Source of the DNA: Dehalococcoidia bacterium
Lineage (GTDB): Bacteria > Chloroflexota > Dehalococcoidia > UBA2979
Direction: 5' to 3'
Assembly: GCA_965226785.1 (NCBI GenBank)
Contig: CBDDEC010000004.1
Span: 588,093-652,092, forward strand
DNA: 64,000 nt
In this document: piece by piece, positions 62,816 to 64,000 of the stretch
How positions within the stretch are numbered: the first letter of the stretch is position 1
How the letters are laid out: each line of letters begins with the position of its first letter
The notes under the pieces: model-generated
What the model saw: the letters and a program-made list of their open reading frames with translations, nothing else
Databases searched by the model: none
What the model was told of the DNA's origin: nothing
Position numbers and translations under genes: made by a program

Positions 62816-63795
62816 TGCGAGGTGGCGAGCGCGACCGCTGCGAACGATCGCTCGACCGAGCCGGCGCGGTCCTCGCGGTCGACGAGCGGCTGCGCGAGCA
62901 CCTCGTCGATGCCGGCATCGCGCCAGCGGTGAAGCCCTGCGGCGACCTCCTCGACCGTGCCTGAGACGACGAGGTCGTCGAGCAGGTCGTCGCTATAGCC
63001 GTCGCTGACGTCATAACCGGCGGCGCTGAACATGCCCTGGTAGTTCGGCACGCGGGCGTACATCGCGAGCTGCTCGCGCGCCCAGCTGCGAGCCGTCTCC
63101 AGATCGACGCCGACGGCGATCGGCACGTGTGCGACCAGCGGCGGGCGCTCACGGCCCGCGGTCGCGGCGCCGGCCTCCATCGCCGGCAGCGCCGTGCCTA
63201 GCAGGTAGCGCAGCGGGCTCATCCACGAGATTGCGCCGTCACTGAGCTCGCCACAGAGCTCGTACGACTTTGGGCGCAGCGCAGAGGCCATCACCGGCAC
63301 CTCGGCGGTGGCCGAAATTCGGCCGCGGGAGCGGACGTGCACGCCCTCGAACTCGACCCGCCCCTCGGCCAGCAGGGTGCGCAGCGTCAACAGGTACTCG
63401 CGCAGATTCGTGAGCGGCTTGTGGTACGCAGTGCCATAGAGGCGGGTGACAAAGAACTCGGTGGTCGGGCCGATGCCGAGGCGGAAGCGGCCGGGTGCGA
63501 GCTGGTCGAGAGCGAGCAGCTCCTGCGCATAGATCACGGGGTGACGCGGCCAGGTGTGGAGGATGGCGGTGCCCATCTTGACACGCTCGGTCTGGACCGC
63601 GATCGCGGCGAAGACGGGCAGCATATCGGCGCCCCCGGCGCCGTTCATCGTCGCCCAGATCGACTCGATACCGGCCGCCTCGGCGGAGATCGCCTGAGCG
63701 ACCGCGCCTCGCGCGTCGCTCGCCTGGATCGCTACACCGAACATGCTCGCCTGCTCTCTCGCAGCGCTCGTGCCGTAGGAGGCACAGCCTCGCAC
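62812..63795 (-). CDS. LLM-class F420/flavin-dependent oxidoreductase
   Basis: MFGVAIQASD...LGIGPTT...PMLAV luciferase-like pattern. 4-nt overlap with the aminotransferase gene. Start may be ATG 63744. Confidence 0.7.
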   Translation of the reverse strand: MRGCASYGTSAAREQASMFGVAIQASDARGAVAQAISAEAAGIESIWATMNGAGGADMLPVFAAIAVQTERVKMGTAILHTWPRHPVIYAQELLALDQLAPGRFRLGIGPTTEFFVTRLYGTAYHKPLTNLREYLLTLRTLLAEGRVEFEGVHVRSRGRISATAEVPVMASALRPKSYELCGELSDGAISWMSPLRYLLGTALPAMEAGAATAGRERPPLVAHVPIAVGVDLETARSWAREQLAMYARVPNYQGMFSAAGYDVSDGYSDDLLDDLVVSGTVEEVAAGLHRWRDAGIDEVLAQPLVDREDRAGSVERSFAAVALATSQ

Positions 63796-63920
63796 GCCTC
63801 GCTGTCCTCGTCACGAGCGCCAATCGAGGATTGGCCCTCTGGGCGCTATCATCGCGACCGTCTGCGGGGAGCGGACGTTGCTCGTGAACGGAGCGTCGAG
63901 GATGGACTGGAGTGACACGC

Positions 63921-64000
63921 GTGGGACGGCCCTGATAGGTGCAGCTCTGTCCTGAGATAGCAGAGTATCGGCGAGCCACGAGAGGCTCGTCTGTGCTCTA
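63921..64000 (+). mobile_element. IS481-like (type 1) copy E, left end only (runs off window)
   Basis: GTGGGACGGCCCTGATAGGTGCAGCTCTGTCCTGAGATAGCAGAGTATCGG. Left IR with a 4-bp deletion (AAAA missing). Confidence 0.7.

Overview
This 64-kb window is high-GC (about 68%) bacterial DNA. The content (many F420/luciferase-like LLM oxidoreductases, CaiB/BaiF CoA-transferases, rare TTG/GTG starts, a TAT-signal lipoprotein) suggests an Actinomycetota-like chromosome, in an accessory region saturated with insertion sequences. Left to right: (i) three paralogous alpha/beta-hydrolase–class III cyclase fusion genes (the first cut by the window edge), an MFS transporter, a TetR regulator divergent from two membrane-protein genes, and small secreted proteins; (ii) an IS3-family element sitting 110 bp upstream of a peptide-type ABC transporter operon (permease, permease, lipoprotein SBP; no ATPase gene); (iii) a roughly 16-kb CoA-dependent catabolic cluster flanked by inverted NHL beta-propeller paralogs, carrying four CaiB/BaiF CoA-transferases, four crotonases, a MaoC dehydratase, an amidohydrolase, a serine hydrolase and an LLM oxidoreductase, and split by a second identical IS3 copy placed a few bp upstream of a crotonase RBS; (iv) a mobile-DNA junkyard from 37.8 to 46.7 kb: a MITE-like 90-bp repeat, an IS481-family element with subterminal repeats, a tRNA 3' fragment (att-like) beside a tyrosine integrase, a 5'-truncated IS481-like copy whose terminal IR is interrupted by an IS110-family element (with a 5' non-coding region that could encode a bridge/guide RNA), a split RecB-family (PD-(D/E)xK) plus RNase-H-like exonuclease module, IS3 and IS481-like fragments, and an IS6-family element; (v) an 817-aa tandem double CaiB/BaiF gene and an LLM oxidoreductase; (vi) a segment bracketed by direct copies of a 1.1-kb IS481-like element (five copies or fragments in the window) carrying an XRE regulator, an RHH/HicB-like protein, and a two-gene operon whose second gene is a UGSC-motif selenoprotein candidate with an in-frame TGA followed by a SECIS-like hairpin; (vii) a third IS3 copy nested inside an IS481-like copy, a class V aminotransferase, and another LLM oxidoreductase. 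No rRNA genes, no CRISPR array and no intact tRNA were seen. All boundaries are hand-derived and approximate (a few bp), and all family assignments are from motif recognition without database searches.
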